The notes beneath the pieces are model-generated. The model was not told where the DNA came from. It saw only the letters and a list, made by a program, of their open reading frames with translations, and searched no databases. Position numbers and translations under genes: made by a program. A DNA stretch of 64,000 nucleotides from NCBI GenBank assembly GCA_963664325.2, contig CAXXDQ010000007.1, positions 736,001 to 800,000 of the forward strand, read 5' to 3'. Positions 32,558-42,303 of this stretch are shown here, piece after piece (the first letter of the stretch is position 1; each line of letters begins with the position of its first letter). The stretch comes from Desulfomonilia bacterium (GTDB taxonomy: Bacteria > Desulfobacterota > Desulfomonilia > UBA1062).

Positions 32558-33083
32558 TTGCCAGCCTCCCCAGCCATTCTTCAAGCGTTTTTATAATGAA
32601 CAACTTCTGCACGTCAGTGGCTTCTTTCCTAATTTCCGCATCGGTTTTAATTTCATCGAGCCCAGCAAATATATCAAGCGACTGCTCATAAAGCCCCTGC
32701 GCAGCATAAATCCTGGCAAGCTCGACTGACTGACCTGAAACCAGTTCGTTTTCAGGAACGCCTTCCAGCAGGTCAAGCGCCTCGTCATCATCAGGCCTGA
32801 ATGCGATATAACGTTCAATGCACCTCCTGGAAAGATCTGTTTCTCCCATTTTGGCATAAACGACCCCCAGGTGCTTTAAGGCATCAATCATTTCATCGAT
32901 CTGGGCCTCTATGCCCGCAAGGATAAGGGCCGCCTGCTCATAATCTCCCATTTTCATAAGCGACATGCCAAGGATTATCTTATCCCGGGTCGTTGAAATC
33001 TCATTTGATGCCTCAATTATTTCGAGATACTTGCCTTCAGCAAATGCCTTTTTTATGTCCACTTGAATACCTCTTATACGCAT
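32538..33083 (-). CDS. TPR-containing protein (start possibly GTG 33062)
   Basis: TPR-like helices and SVELARIYAAQG; lies between aroB and aroQ. Confidence 0.7.
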   Translation of the reverse strand: MRIRGIQVDIKKAFAEGKYLEIIEASNEISTTRDKIILGMSLMKMGDYEQAALILAGIEAQIDEMIDALKHLGVVYAKMGETDLSRRCIERYIAFRPDDDEALDLLEGVPENELVSGQSVELARIYAAQGLYEQSLDIFAGLDEIKTDAEIRKEATDVQKLFIIKTLEEWLGRLANEGSDN

Positions 33084-34593
33084 TAAGGATAAAATTCAGT
33101 TCCAACTTCCTGACTTCGAAATCACCGATCCCCTTTGCAAGCACAAAATTTATGCCCCCTGAAACGGATTTCTTGTCAACATCCATGGCCTTGCCTATTC
33201 CTGAAACAGGGGGAAGTTTGTAACGGCCTGATACCATAGAGTATTTGTCAATAAGCTTCCTGACCCTTGCAATATCATTTTTCTTCATCAAACCGAGTTC
33301 ACCAGAAATGAAGCACGCAAACTCCATACCCAGGGCAACGGCTTCACCATGATGCACCTTGAATTCATAAAACTGCTCAATGGCATGTCCGAGCGTATGC
33401 CCGAAATTGAGTATGCGCCTGAGTGACCCTTCCAGCTCATCCCTTGCAACCACATAGGCCTTGTCCCTGCAGCACATCCTGACAACAGTATCCATATCCA
33501 GGCTTTCATCTTCTAAACCTTCGAACAAAGCACTGTCCATGATGATGCCGTATTTAACCACCTCACCCATTCCGCCAATAATTTCTTCCCTGCTCAGAGT
33601 ATCAAAAAATACCGGGTCACAAACTACGAATTCAGGCTGCTTGAACAGGCCTATCAGGTTCTTGCCCCTTTCATGGTTTATCCCGGTCTTGCCTCCAATG
33701 CCTGCATCAACCTGTGAAAGCAGCGTGGTGGGCACCTGAACCACAGGAATCCCCCTCATGAATACCCCTGCGGCAAATCCCGAGAGATCCCCGGTCACGC
33801 CACCTCCGATTGCAACACACGCCCACTGTCTGTTCATCCCTGATGAGATCATCTTTGAAAGAACCTGTTCAAATTTTTTCTGGCTTTTGGAGCCTTCACC
33901 AGCTGAGACTTTTGTGATTATATGCCTGACCCCTGAAACGGCCTTTTCAATTTCCGTCCTGTAAAGCCTCATTACATTTTCATCAACAAGACAGAAAAGA
34001 CCTTCCGGCTTCAGATGGCGCTTCATGAGGGTTCCGAGCTTTTCAAATACCCCTTTGCCTATATAGACAGGGTACGGCTGATTTTTAAGGAGAACAGGCA
34101 CAGGTTCTGGAATTACTTCGAGAAATTCCATAATTTTTTTTGCGGATTTTCCGGCACTTGTTTCGTTCGTATCTATTATCAGGTCGGCATCTGAATAAGC
34201 TGTCAGGCGGGACTTGAAAAGAGCTTCAACGCCCTCGTTCCAGTTGGGCCTGTTCATATCTTTGCCTATTCTTTTCCTGAGAATTTCCAGTGGAGCCGTA
34301 AGGTTGACTATCATGCCGGAAGCCTTCATGACCGAACGGTTTAAAGGGTTAACCGGTGCACCGCCCCCTGTTGCAATTACACCCTGGCCTTTATCGGCGA
34401 TCTCGAAAAGCACCTCTCTTTCTATTGCACGAAACGCATTTTCGCCTGCGTATTTGAATATCTCAGGTATGGTGGAGCCCGTCTTCGAAACGATTTCTTC
34501 ATCCATGTCTATAAAAGGCAGTCCGCTTATTCTGGCAAGTTCACTACCTATTGTCGTCTTTCCGGCGCCCATAAATCCAGTGAGAAATATCAT
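33037..34593 (-). CDS. aroB: Shikimate kinase / 3-dehydroquinate synthase fusion (AroK-AroB)
   Basis: N-terminal GFMGAGKTT and ATGGG; C-terminal GGGVTGD, PTTLLSQVD, GGKTGIN, LNFGHTLGHA and HGEAVALG. Confidence 0.94.
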   Translation of the reverse strand: MIFLTGFMGAGKTTIGSELARISGLPFIDMDEEIVSKTGSTIPEIFKYAGENAFRAIEREVLFEIADKGQGVIATGGGAPVNPLNRSVMKASGMIVNLTAPLEILRKRIGKDMNRPNWNEGVEALFKSRLTAYSDADLIIDTNETSAGKSAKKIMEFLEVIPEPVPVLLKNQPYPVYIGKGVFEKLGTLMKRHLKPEGLFCLVDENVMRLYRTEIEKAVSGVRHIITKVSAGEGSKSQKKFEQVLSKMISSGMNRQWACVAIGGGVTGDLSGFAAGVFMRGIPVVQVPTTLLSQVDAGIGGKTGINHERGKNLIGLFKQPEFVVCDPVFFDTLSREEIIGGMGEVVKYGIIMDSALFEGLEDESLDMDTVVRMCCRDKAYVVARDELEGSLRRILNFGHTLGHAIEQFYEFKVHHGEAVALGMEFACFISGELGLMKKNDIARVRKLIDKYSMVSGRYKLPPVSGIGKAMDVDKKSVSGGINFVLAKGIGDFEVRKLELNFILNAYKRYSSGHKKGIC

Positions 34594-35717
34594 GGCAGTT
34601 CAGAACGCCTCCTGTGTTCCTCGAATGCATATTTCAATTCATCCATATTTGCCTGTCCGAAATCATTCATGATGGCTGAAGCAATCGAAACAATCATCAT
34701 TGCCTCTCCAACCACACTGGCGGCAGGCACGGCGCAATAATCCGAGCGCTCGTACTGCGCCCTTGTCTCGGCGCCGTTTCTTATATCTATGGAATCAAGC
34801 CCTTTGATGAGGGTCGGAATCGGTTTCATCGTGCATGTGGCAACAATGTTCTGGCCGTTGGATATGCCGCCTTCTATGCCTCCTGCATTGTTTGTCCTCC
34901 GCCCGCTCCTTGCACATATTTCATCGTGAAAATTCGAGCCGTAAACAGCACCTGAATGAACGCCCTTTCCTATCTGAACAGCCTTGATTGCAGGAATCGA
35001 CATCATAAAAGCGGATATTATTGTATCCAGTCTTTTGTTCCACTGTGCAGACGAACCGATGCCGGCAGGAAGTCCTGCAGCCTCTATCCTGAACTCACCT
35101 CCAAGGGTGTCCCCGTCCTTGATGGCCTTTTCGATTGCCTTCTCCATTTCTTTTGATGTCACCGGATCAGGGCAGAACACACTTGATGCATCCCTTTTCC
35201 CGATATCGAACATACCATCGAACTTTACCTTCCCAATACCGGAAACATAACCGTATACATTAATGCCAAGCTCGTTTAATAGGCATCTCAGAAGTCCGCC
35301 TGCCGCCACCCGGCCTGCCGTTTCCCTTGCGCTGGCTCTTTCCAGCACATTGCGCAAATCCTTGTGGCAGAACCTTATTGCGCCGGGCAGATCTGCATGC
35401 CCGGGTCTGGGTGTGTAAAGCTCTTTTCCGGAAACAATGCTGAACGGGTCCATATAACTCTTCCAGTTTTCAAAATCGGCATTCCAGACGGCTAGCATAA
35501 CCGGACTGCCGAGGGTCAGGCCTCCGCGAATGCCGGACAGGACATCAACGCGGTCCTTCTCTATCATCATCCTGCCGCCGCGCCCGTAACCCATCTGCCT
35601 CCTGGCAAGGTCATTATCTATTACCTCTTTTGAAATATTCAAGCCCGCAGGTATCCCGTCCAGAAAGGCGAATATCCCCCTGCCATGAGATTCTCCCGCA
35701 GTATAGAATGTAAGCAT
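34590..35717 (-). CDS. aroC: Chorismate synthase
   Basis: TAGESHG, PRPGHAD, ERASARETA, GGIEGGISNG and ERSD. Confidence 0.97.
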   Translation of the reverse strand: MLTFYTAGESHGRGIFAFLDGIPAGLNISKEVIDNDLARRQMGYGRGGRMMIEKDRVDVLSGIRGGLTLGSPVMLAVWNADFENWKSYMDPFSIVSGKELYTPRPGHADLPGAIRFCHKDLRNVLERASARETAGRVAAGGLLRCLLNELGINVYGYVSGIGKVKFDGMFDIGKRDASSVFCPDPVTSKEMEKAIEKAIKDGDTLGGEFRIEAAGLPAGIGSSAQWNKRLDTIISAFMMSIPAIKAVQIGKGVHSGAVYGSNFHDEICARSGRRTNNAGGIEGGISNGQNIVATCTMKPIPTLIKGLDSIDIRNGAETRAQYERSDYCAVPAASVVGEAMMIVSIASAIMNDFGQANMDELKYAFEEHRRRSELP

Positions 35718-35787
35718 TGTTCCTCCTATATCCGGCAAAAACTGTTTGTCTATCTAATTGATAAAAAATTCATGAATAATGTTTTAT

Positions 35788-36411
35788 TCAGATAATACTT
35801 AAAATATTTTCAAGAGAAGGCAAAGATTCTTTATGCATTTCACCCTCTCCCCTGTATACATGGTAAGCATTATATCCTGCTTTTTTGGGTGCTTCAAAGT
35901 CGTGGTATATGTTATCACCTACATGAACAAAAGGCCCTGCTAATATTTCGAGCCGTTTAAAGGCAGCCGGATCTGATTTTACCATACCCCAGTCGTCAGG
36001 AAGCGAGACTACATGGTCAAAATACGGACTCAATCCGGCTTTACTCATTTCCTCATCAAGGAAAAGCCTGGAAGCATTTGAGAATATTACCAGCCTGAAC
36101 CCCTGTTGTTTGAGTTTAATTACTGCCGGAATTACGTCATTGAATAGCTCTATACACATGGAAAATGCTTTTATAATTCCTTTTGCATCGGCATCCACAC
36201 CGAGATATTCAAGCCAGTAAGGAAGCTGATAATATTTAACCGATCTGTCTCCTATGGTTTCATATGCATTACGGCACAGAAATCTCGCCGTCTCTTTTGG
36301 AATTCTATACCTAGAAGATACTCGAGAAGGCACCCCTTCATCCCAGACGGCATCCGCAAATGTACGTTTTGTAAGCGTTCCGTCCAGGTCGAAAGATATT
36401 ACCCTGCTCAT
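35788..36411 (-). CDS. HAD-family hydrolase
   Basis: FDLDGTL, FSNA, K and HVGDN motifs I-IV. Confidence 0.88.
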   Translation of the reverse strand: MSRVISFDLDGTLTKRTFADAVWDEGVPSRVSSRYRIPKETARFLCRNAYETIGDRSVKYYQLPYWLEYLGVDADAKGIIKAFSMCIELFNDVIPAVIKLKQQGFRLVIFSNASRLFLDEEMSKAGLSPYFDHVVSLPDDWGMVKSDPAAFKRLEILAGPFVHVGDNIYHDFEAPKKAGYNAYHVYRGEGEMHKESLPSLENILSII

Positions 36412-36438
36412 TATATCTTTTTAAAGTCCTCCGCTTAA

Positions 36439-37110
36439 TCAGAGAAGATACCAGACGTTATCGCGTTCTTCAATCTCTCCGGATATGCTCATGTCCGAGA
36501 GCACCTTTTCAATATCCAGTGTTGCCACTTCCAGTTTCATGGAGTCTTCAAGTATACTTATTATCTCTTCGATTGTTGCTCCACCTGTCATCTGCAGGGC
36601 TTTTTCGGTGAATATCACCAGATCTTCATGTTTGGACCACGGGAATAAGACCCACCTCCATTCGTCCATTACCTTGGGGCAAAAGTCTGCCCTGAATTTG
36701 CAGTTCATTTTGCTGACAAGAACCGCTGTTTTTATATCTCCGACCTTCGAGCCGAGGTAATTGACAACTGCCTGCATAGTCATACCCTCGTCGCTTACAT
36801 CGTCTACAACAAGCACTTTCTTATCAGTAAGATTGCTCTCAGGCAGAGGGTATATCAGAACGGGCTTTTCCGTAATCGTCATATCACCTGAAAGATGCCC
36901 CATCTGGAATGTGCATATATATTTTTTCTGCAGGTAATCGAGCAGTATTCTTGCGGGGACCAGCCCTCCCCTTGCAACGGCAATAACCACATCAGGGTCG
37001 TAGCCAGTTTTGTTGAGATTCAAATAAATATCCCAGACAAGGTCCTCCAGGTCATCCCAGGATATGTTGATCGCTCTTGGAAATTTGCTTTTCGTATCGC
37101 TTAAAGCCAT
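36439..37110 (-). CDS. Type I phosphoribosyltransferase with C-terminal extension
   Basis: AVARGGLVPAR, PRPP loop VLVVDDVSDEGMT and WVLFPW. Confidence 0.88.
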   Translation of the reverse strand: MALSDTKSKFPRAINISWDDLEDLVWDIYLNLNKTGYDPDVVIAVARGGLVPARILLDYLQKKYICTFQMGHLSGDMTITEKPVLIYPLPESNLTDKKVLVVDDVSDEGMTMQAVVNYLGSKVGDIKTAVLVSKMNCKFRADFCPKVMDEWRWVLFPWSKHEDLVIFTEKALQMTGGATIEEIISILEDSMKLEVATLDIEKVLSDMSISGEIEERDNVWYLL

Positions 37111-37166
37111 TTTCGTCTCCCCCTGTATCCATCCTAAGTAACTTTTTAAATATTTCCTGGAATTCC

Positions 37167-38006
37167 CTAGTTGACATTAGTACGGGGCGAACCCAACGTT
37201 CCCCCGATCACTACCTTGACGTTTTCGTTCCCCGACGGCCCGAGAAATGCCTTGTATGCCTGGGAGAGTTTCAGGCCTATTATAAAGTTAAGGTTGGAGG
37301 CCCAAATATTGCCGCCCATTTTCATATCTCCCCTCAAATTCCCCGAGACATCATTCCCTGTCAGATCTGCCTTTGAAAGTTTCAGCAATCCGTTACTCAT
37401 GTTGGCCTTCAGTTCAAACTTGCTGAAAGGAATTGCGGCAATGGGAAAACCCGGAATGTTGAGCGGTATCTGTCCATTGTCAATCAGAAGGTCTATTTCC
37501 CCGTTTGATCTTTCAGGTTGCTTCTTTATATATGTGACATCAATGTCCCCGTTTACCGTCCCTGCCAGCTCGTCAAACTTGTTTGAAAAATGCTTGATCA
37601 CCGACAGTCCAAATTTTTTCATATGAAGGTTAACATCTATCCTGTTGCCGATCTTCAAAAAAGTTGTCGCAAGACTCCCCTTCAGCAGCCCTTTGCCTTC
37701 CGTGATCTTGACACCCAGGGCGAATTCACCAATAAACAAAGGCAATATTTCCGGTTTCAGTGTCAAGCTGTCCATGGCATGCTCTCCAGAGATATTAACT
37801 CCGACCATTGTCCATCCTATCGGCAGGGCTGGTTTTATCGCGTTCACCGAAACATCCATATTGATCGTGTTGCTTAATGCATTCTCAAATTTCGGCTTTA
37901 ATGCATAATAGGGAAACAGCATGTATGAAAACAAGAGGACACAGAATATTCCGTAGAGAATAAAAAGAAACTTCTTTCTGAAAGGGGCTTTGACTTCATT
38001 ATCCAT
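37167..38006 (-). CDS. gspN: Type II secretion protein N
   Basis: N-terminal TM plus LFPY, beta-rich body, terminal GTLGSP; last gene of the gsp run. Confidence 0.75.
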   Translation of the reverse strand: MDNEVKAPFRKKFLFILYGIFCVLLFSYMLFPYYALKPKFENALSNTINMDVSVNAIKPALPIGWTMVGVNISGEHAMDSLTLKPEILPLFIGEFALGVKITEGKGLLKGSLATTFLKIGNRIDVNLHMKKFGLSVIKHFSNKFDELAGTVNGDIDVTYIKKQPERSNGEIDLLIDNGQIPLNIPGFPIAAIPFSKFELKANMSNGLLKLSKADLTGNDVSGNLRGDMKMGGNIWASNLNFIIGLKLSQAYKAFLGPSGNENVKVVIGGTLGSPRTNVN

Positions 38007-38550
38007 TTATCTGCACCTGAAAAGTGACGTCAAGGTTTTTATCCTTTTCCGATTTTCTTAGATTGAAACGTTTAATCTTAAGAGGCGTAGGGGAAGTATC
38101 AATGCCATAAAGAAATCCCACCAGGTCATCTTCAAAAATCCCCTTGATCCTGATTTCTACAGCCTCTCTTTCATTGCCTGCCGATGCAACAGGCTTCATG
38201 TATTCTATTTTGTCTTTTATATTCCGTTTATCGGCAAGATCCTCAAGATATCCGAACACGGTAAAATCCCCCCTAGCAGCCTTGCTGCGCGCATTTACGG
38301 ATTCGATTGCCTTGATTCTGGAACTGATCTCATAAACACTTTTCAACTGTCTTTCCTTTATATCAATATTTTTCTCCATTTTGGCGTTCAACTTCCCCAG
38401 AGGAAGCATTATAAAAACGATAAGGATAAACAATACCGCAAACGCACAGCCTGCCAAAAGATATTGCTTCTCTCTCTTGGAAAGCTTTTCATTCAGCTTT
38501 CCATTCAATGTTTTCTGTATATTCTGTATGCTTTTTATATTAATTTTCAT
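37999..38550 (-). CDS. gspM: Type II secretion protein M
   Basis: LSKREK, TM, coiled coil and ferredoxin-like C-terminus. Confidence 0.8.
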   Translation of the reverse strand: MKINIKSIQNIQKTLNGKLNEKLSKREKQYLLAGCAFAVLFILIVFIMLPLGKLNAKMEKNIDIKERQLKSVYEISSRIKAIESVNARSKAARGDFTVFGYLEDLADKRNIKDKIEYMKPVASAGNEREAVEIRIKGIFEDDLVGFLYGIDTSPTPLKIKRFNLRKSEKDKNLDVTFQVQING

Positions 38551-40049
38551 TTTGCGCCGCCTGTGGAACAGGTAAGCCTGAATACGACTTTCTGATCGTT
38601 TTTGTTTACGTTCGCAGAGACTATCTTCACTTCTTTTACAAAGGGTATTCTTGAGATACCTGTCTTTACTTTTTCAACATTTTCATATGAATCAGTAGTG
38701 CCGGAGAGTGTCAACGCGTTTTCATCAAGGGTCAGTGAATCTATTACCGTGTTCAGATTTGACGGTATCTTATCACTCAATTCCCTCAGAACGGTGAGAG
38801 GTGATTCGCCTGCTCCAGACCCGGGTCCGTAGATTGTATTGAGTTTGTTCAGCCTTTGTTCAAGCTGAACAACAGGGTCGACCATTGTTGTTCCGGGCGG
38901 CATGACTGTAGCAAACTGTTTTTTTACCTGTGAGTCAAGTTTGCTGCTTATCCTGCTCTTTAACAGGGTATCTGCCGTGTAACCGATGCCCCACATTACA
39001 ATCAGCACTACGACAGCCTTTATCCACACACCGAACTGTGCCTTGAGCTTTACCATCTGTAGGGAAAAGGCGCTTCCATGCTGGTAAAAATTTACCATGT
39101 CGACCTTGTCTTCACCCCTGAAGGCAAGGGATACCGACATGAAAGAAAGCATCATATCCTTTGCAGGGCCGTCATATAAAATACCCTTGAACGAAGGCAG
39201 GTTCCTGTCTATATCCGAGTTCTCAAGCATCTCTGAAATATCGTTTATGCAGGTAGCATAGCCCGCAGGTATCGCATTATAGCTCTCGACTTCACGTGGA
39301 ATTTTGTAAAGGGATATCATTACTTCCATTATCAGTCTGTCGAGATGACCGCCTCCATCAATGCCGGTTGACATGGCTTTTTCAAAAGCCTCGTTTACGG
39401 ATATTCCTTTTTCCTTTGCCACAACTTCAAGGATTCTTTCAAAACCAAGCGGTGCAGAGCCCATGTGTTTGACGACATTGCCGTGCAGTATGCAGATCGA
39501 CGTGTCCCTCCAGCCCATATAAATTACGACATATCCCCTTTCCGGTCCGAGGTTGAATACATTCCTGGCACCTGCACCTATCGCAGACGAAGGGGCCTCC
39601 AACACCTCGGGATCAATGCCTGCTTTTTTGCAATATGATATAATCTTATCTACCTCGGCCTTTCTGGCGGCAGCGGTCTCGATAAGGGTCTCTCCCGCGT
39701 CATCTTTCCCCACTATGACAAAATCAACATTAAGCTCATCACCAACCGGGAGCAGGGTTTCCGCCTCGGGGCCTACCGTTTCCGCAATCTTCTTCCTGTC
39801 GGTGAACGGCCTTTTCATCTGGCGGTACATGACATACTGGCCCGATAAGGCCGTTATGTTTTTTTCTGCAGTGAGACCGATTTCAGAGATAACCGATTTG
39901 ATGTCTTCGTCGAGATTCCTGACAGGCCGTCCGTGAGCCACTTCTCTTCTGCGTCTTACAAGCTTTTCAATGGATGCATCTCCAGAGTTTAAAAGGCAGG
40001 CCTGTATCTCGGTATCATCTCCGTAAACTCCCAGAGAGTATCTTGCCAT
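38547..40049 (-). CDS. gspL: Type II secretion protein L (PilM-like cytoplasmic + PilN-like periplasmic)
   Basis: PFTDRKKI, TM near residue 345, VDPVVQL and SPLTVLRELS; lies between gspK and gspM. Confidence 0.8.
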   Translation of the reverse strand: MARYSLGVYGDDTEIQACLLNSGDASIEKLVRRRREVAHGRPVRNLDEDIKSVISEIGLTAEKNITALSGQYVMYRQMKRPFTDRKKIAETVGPEAETLLPVGDELNVDFVIVGKDDAGETLIETAAARKAEVDKIISYCKKAGIDPEVLEAPSSAIGAGARNVFNLGPERGYVVIYMGWRDTSICILHGNVVKHMGSAPLGFERILEVVAKEKGISVNEAFEKAMSTGIDGGGHLDRLIMEVMISLYKIPREVESYNAIPAGYATCINDISEMLENSDIDRNLPSFKGILYDGPAKDMMLSFMSVSLAFRGEDKVDMVNFYQHGSAFSLQMVKLKAQFGVWIKAVVVLIVMWGIGYTADTLLKSRISSKLDSQVKKQFATVMPPGTTMVDPVVQLEQRLNKLNTIYGPGSGAGESPLTVLRELSDKIPSNLNTVIDSLTLDENALTLSGTTDSYENVEKVKTGISRIPFVKEVKIVSANVNKNDQKVVFRLTCSTGGAK

Positions 40050-40068
40050 AATGAACAGCTCCCTTTGT

Positions 40069-41103
40069 TTAATATATTTTATAATATACTATTTGCGGAG
40101 TATTTTTATCAATCATAAAGAGTTTTGCCTTTGTGTTAACCATGGCACCCGAAGACATTACCCCTTTGACGTCCACACTGAACATGGTGCTGCTTACGCT
40201 AATCATTGCCACTAGTTTACTAACATCATTCGGATCGTCGACCAATGCCTGGTAACCCTGACCGGTGGTGTTATCCTGGACGCATTTTATTACTTCATCA
40301 ATTTTTTTAAAAGGTCTGCATTCAATGATCTTCTCGGCCAGAGCTTCATCAATATGTGGAGCAAGGCTCATCAGCACCTCTTTTGAGGCCGTATTAACAT
40401 TGACTGTGCCTTTACCCATTGCACTTGTCCCTGCCGTGATGAATTTGCCTATGCCTTGATAGGACTCGGTCCCGTAATACCATTCCGGCTTCATGCCCTT
40501 TACCAGAAGGATTTCTTCTGGAGAATCCATGGGCCCGTCTTTGCAGTCATACGGCTCGGCCAGGCTCTTGTAGTATTCATCCTCTGCGCCGCCGCTCACC
40601 TGCGGTTCATTGTCAAGGTCGATCCAGTCACATATGCAGTTGATAAGGTCATTGAGCTCCTGCTCAGATATATCGATATTCAGAACATCACGCCCCATCA
40701 GTCTTTTAAGCTGTGCCGCTCTGAACTCGTTCTTCACATACTTGTCCCCGCTCAGTTCGACCAGGCTGTTGATGTCCAGCTTGGAGCATTCGTCTGTTAT
40801 ATTGCCCTGTATGGTCATTCCCTCGAGATTGGTGCTCGCCACCATCATATAGTCCGAGAATTTAGCCCAGTCCTCATCTTCGGAATCATATTCGTTGTCG
40901 TCTTTAGCCAGCATGGACATCGCGGCCTCTACGCCGGCACTCCCCAGATATTGGGCCTGCAGGGAATCCCTGAAATTATAGGCAAGGTCCCGCTCCATCC
41001 TCTGATCGGTCTTGAAATTAAATATGAGCGCATAGAACAGTGCAAAAACAGCCAGAACAAGTATGAGGACCACACCCTTTTTATCGCGAACAAGAGATTC
41101 CAT
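40069..41103 (-). CDS. gspK: Minor pseudopilin K
   Basis: KKG/VVLILVL, DECSKLDIN, DWID.D, GAEDEYY and VNVNTAS. Confidence 0.92.
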   Translation of the reverse strand: MESLVRDKKGVVLILVLAVFALFYALIFNFKTDQRMERDLAYNFRDSLQAQYLGSAGVEAAMSMLAKDDNEYDSEDEDWAKFSDYMMVASTNLEGMTIQGNITDECSKLDINSLVELSGDKYVKNEFRAAQLKRLMGRDVLNIDISEQELNDLINCICDWIDLDNEPQVSGGAEDEYYKSLAEPYDCKDGPMDSPEEILLVKGMKPEWYYGTESYQGIGKFITAGTSAMGKGTVNVNTASKEVLMSLAPHIDEALAEKIIECRPFKKIDEVIKCVQDNTTGQGYQALVDDPNDVSKLVAMISVSSTMFSVDVKGVMSSGAMVNTKAKLFMIDKNTPQIVYYKIY

Positions 41104-41108
41104 TCCTG

Positions 41109-41942
41109 CTAGGCCCCGCTTTTCGGCAGCTGTATTTTCGCCAGAACGGGAGAGGCAACACTAGAAAATGTATAGGTATCCTTGCCGCTTTTAAAGCTCA
41201 GCGTGATCTTGATCATATTAGGCAGGGCCGGCGGTGACGTACTCGATGCATCCCACTCATCGCTTTCCTTGTTTTCCTTGCCGTAATAGACAATACTCAT
41301 TGAAACCACGTTTTCGGCAATTTCCATACCTGGATTCTGTCCATTGTCAGTTATTCCATCGTGAGGCTTGTTGTCTTCCCGTCTTATAAGAAAATATAGG
41401 CCCTTGTTATCAGGGTCTTCTTTAAGCTCATAATCAACTTCGTTTAAAATACCTGCTTTATCCCCAAGACCTATATCGCTTGTAGTAGTGAAATATATCT
41501 TGTCAGTATCGTTCTTCCCGTCATTTTCGTGCTTGCCTATAAATCTGTATTTCTGAGCAAGTTCATTGGCCTTTGGATTGTTTTTGAGGTCATCATCGAG
41601 GAGCAGATATGGAGAAAAATACACACAACTCAGATCTTTCATCATCCTGTCCATGCAGAGTCTAGCCATCTGATAAACTTCTGTCTGGGCCATTATGGTC
41701 TTTGTAACCTTATGAGACTGGTAAAAGGTTACATAGACCGTTCCAACCACAACTACCGATATGGCAATTGCAAGCATCAGCTCTACCAGGGTAAAGCCCT
41801 TCCTGTTCTGTTTTGGATTCAAGCCCATCCCTGAGCTGTCCGTGGAAATAGGCTCCGGTATGCCTTTAACATACCCGGGAGAGCTGACAACCCAGCCGAT
41901 AGAAAAGGCATCTGAATGCAAACCGGAATCGTTAATCTGCAT
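41109..41942 (-). CDS. gspJ: Minor pseudopilin J with an abnormally long leader (alternative start 41828)
   Basis: RKG/FTLVELMLAI prepilin motif. The ATG at 41942 overlaps the end of gspI. Confidence 0.85.
   Translation of the reverse strand: MQINDSGLHSDAFSIGWVVSSPGYVKGIPEPISTDSSGMGLNPKQNRKGFTLVELMLAIAISVVVVGTVYVTFYQSHKVTKTIMAQTEVYQMARLCMDRMMKDLSCVYFSPYLLLDDDLKNNPKANELAQKYRFIGKHENDGKNDTDKIYFTTTSDIGLGDKAGILNEVDYELKEDPDNKGLYFLIRREDNKPHDGITDNGQNPGMEIAENVVSMSIVYYGKENKESDEWDASSTSPPALPNMIKITLSFKSGKDTYTFSSVASPVLAKIQLPKSGA
41805..41930. mobile_element. 126-nt palindromic element inserted in frame in the gspJ leader
   Basis: Arms GTTCTGTTTTGGATTCA / TGAATGCAAACCGGAA. Inner stems CTGGGTTGTC/GACAGCTCAG (minus strand, G-U paired) and GTATG/CATAC. 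Left arm nearly identical to the element at 26866. Confidence 0.65.
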
Positions 41943-42303
41943 ACAGGAATGTAACGAGCTTATTCTGGTAGGCATTATTTCCTGTCCCAAGGTTTATCGT
42001 CAGAGTATATTTATAATAAGCGGATAAAGGTGTAACCTCAACATCCTCCTTGTAGGTATAACCCGGGAAATCCGCACCGAAATCACCGTTTTTCTGTCCC
42101 GGTACAGGCGGTTCCTTCGACATATTGGCCTTTACCTCGGAAATATGCCGTTCTGCGAGAAGCGTTGATGTTGTAATGAACTTTGATTGCGAGCACATAT
42201 CGATACCCTGGGTCTCCGCTGAAAGGAGCGCCACAAATGTGATGCTCAAAAATACCATTGCTATCATCACTTCCAGCAGAGTGAAACCATTATTCCTTGC
42301 CAT
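41932..42303 (-). CDS. gspI: Minor pseudopilin I
   Basis: MARNNG/FTLLEVMIA; short body with G.F..DFPGY.Y. Confidence 0.88.
   Translation of the reverse strand: MARNNGFTLLEVMIAMVFLSITFVALLSAETQGIDMCSQSKFITTSTLLAERHISEVKANMSKEPPVPGQKNGDFGADFPGYTYKEDVEVTPLSAYYKYTLTINLGTGNNAYQNKLVTFLYAD

Noticed and set aside
33037-34593. AroK-AroB fusion as a novelty
   Set aside because: This fusion is known from several bacterial lineages.
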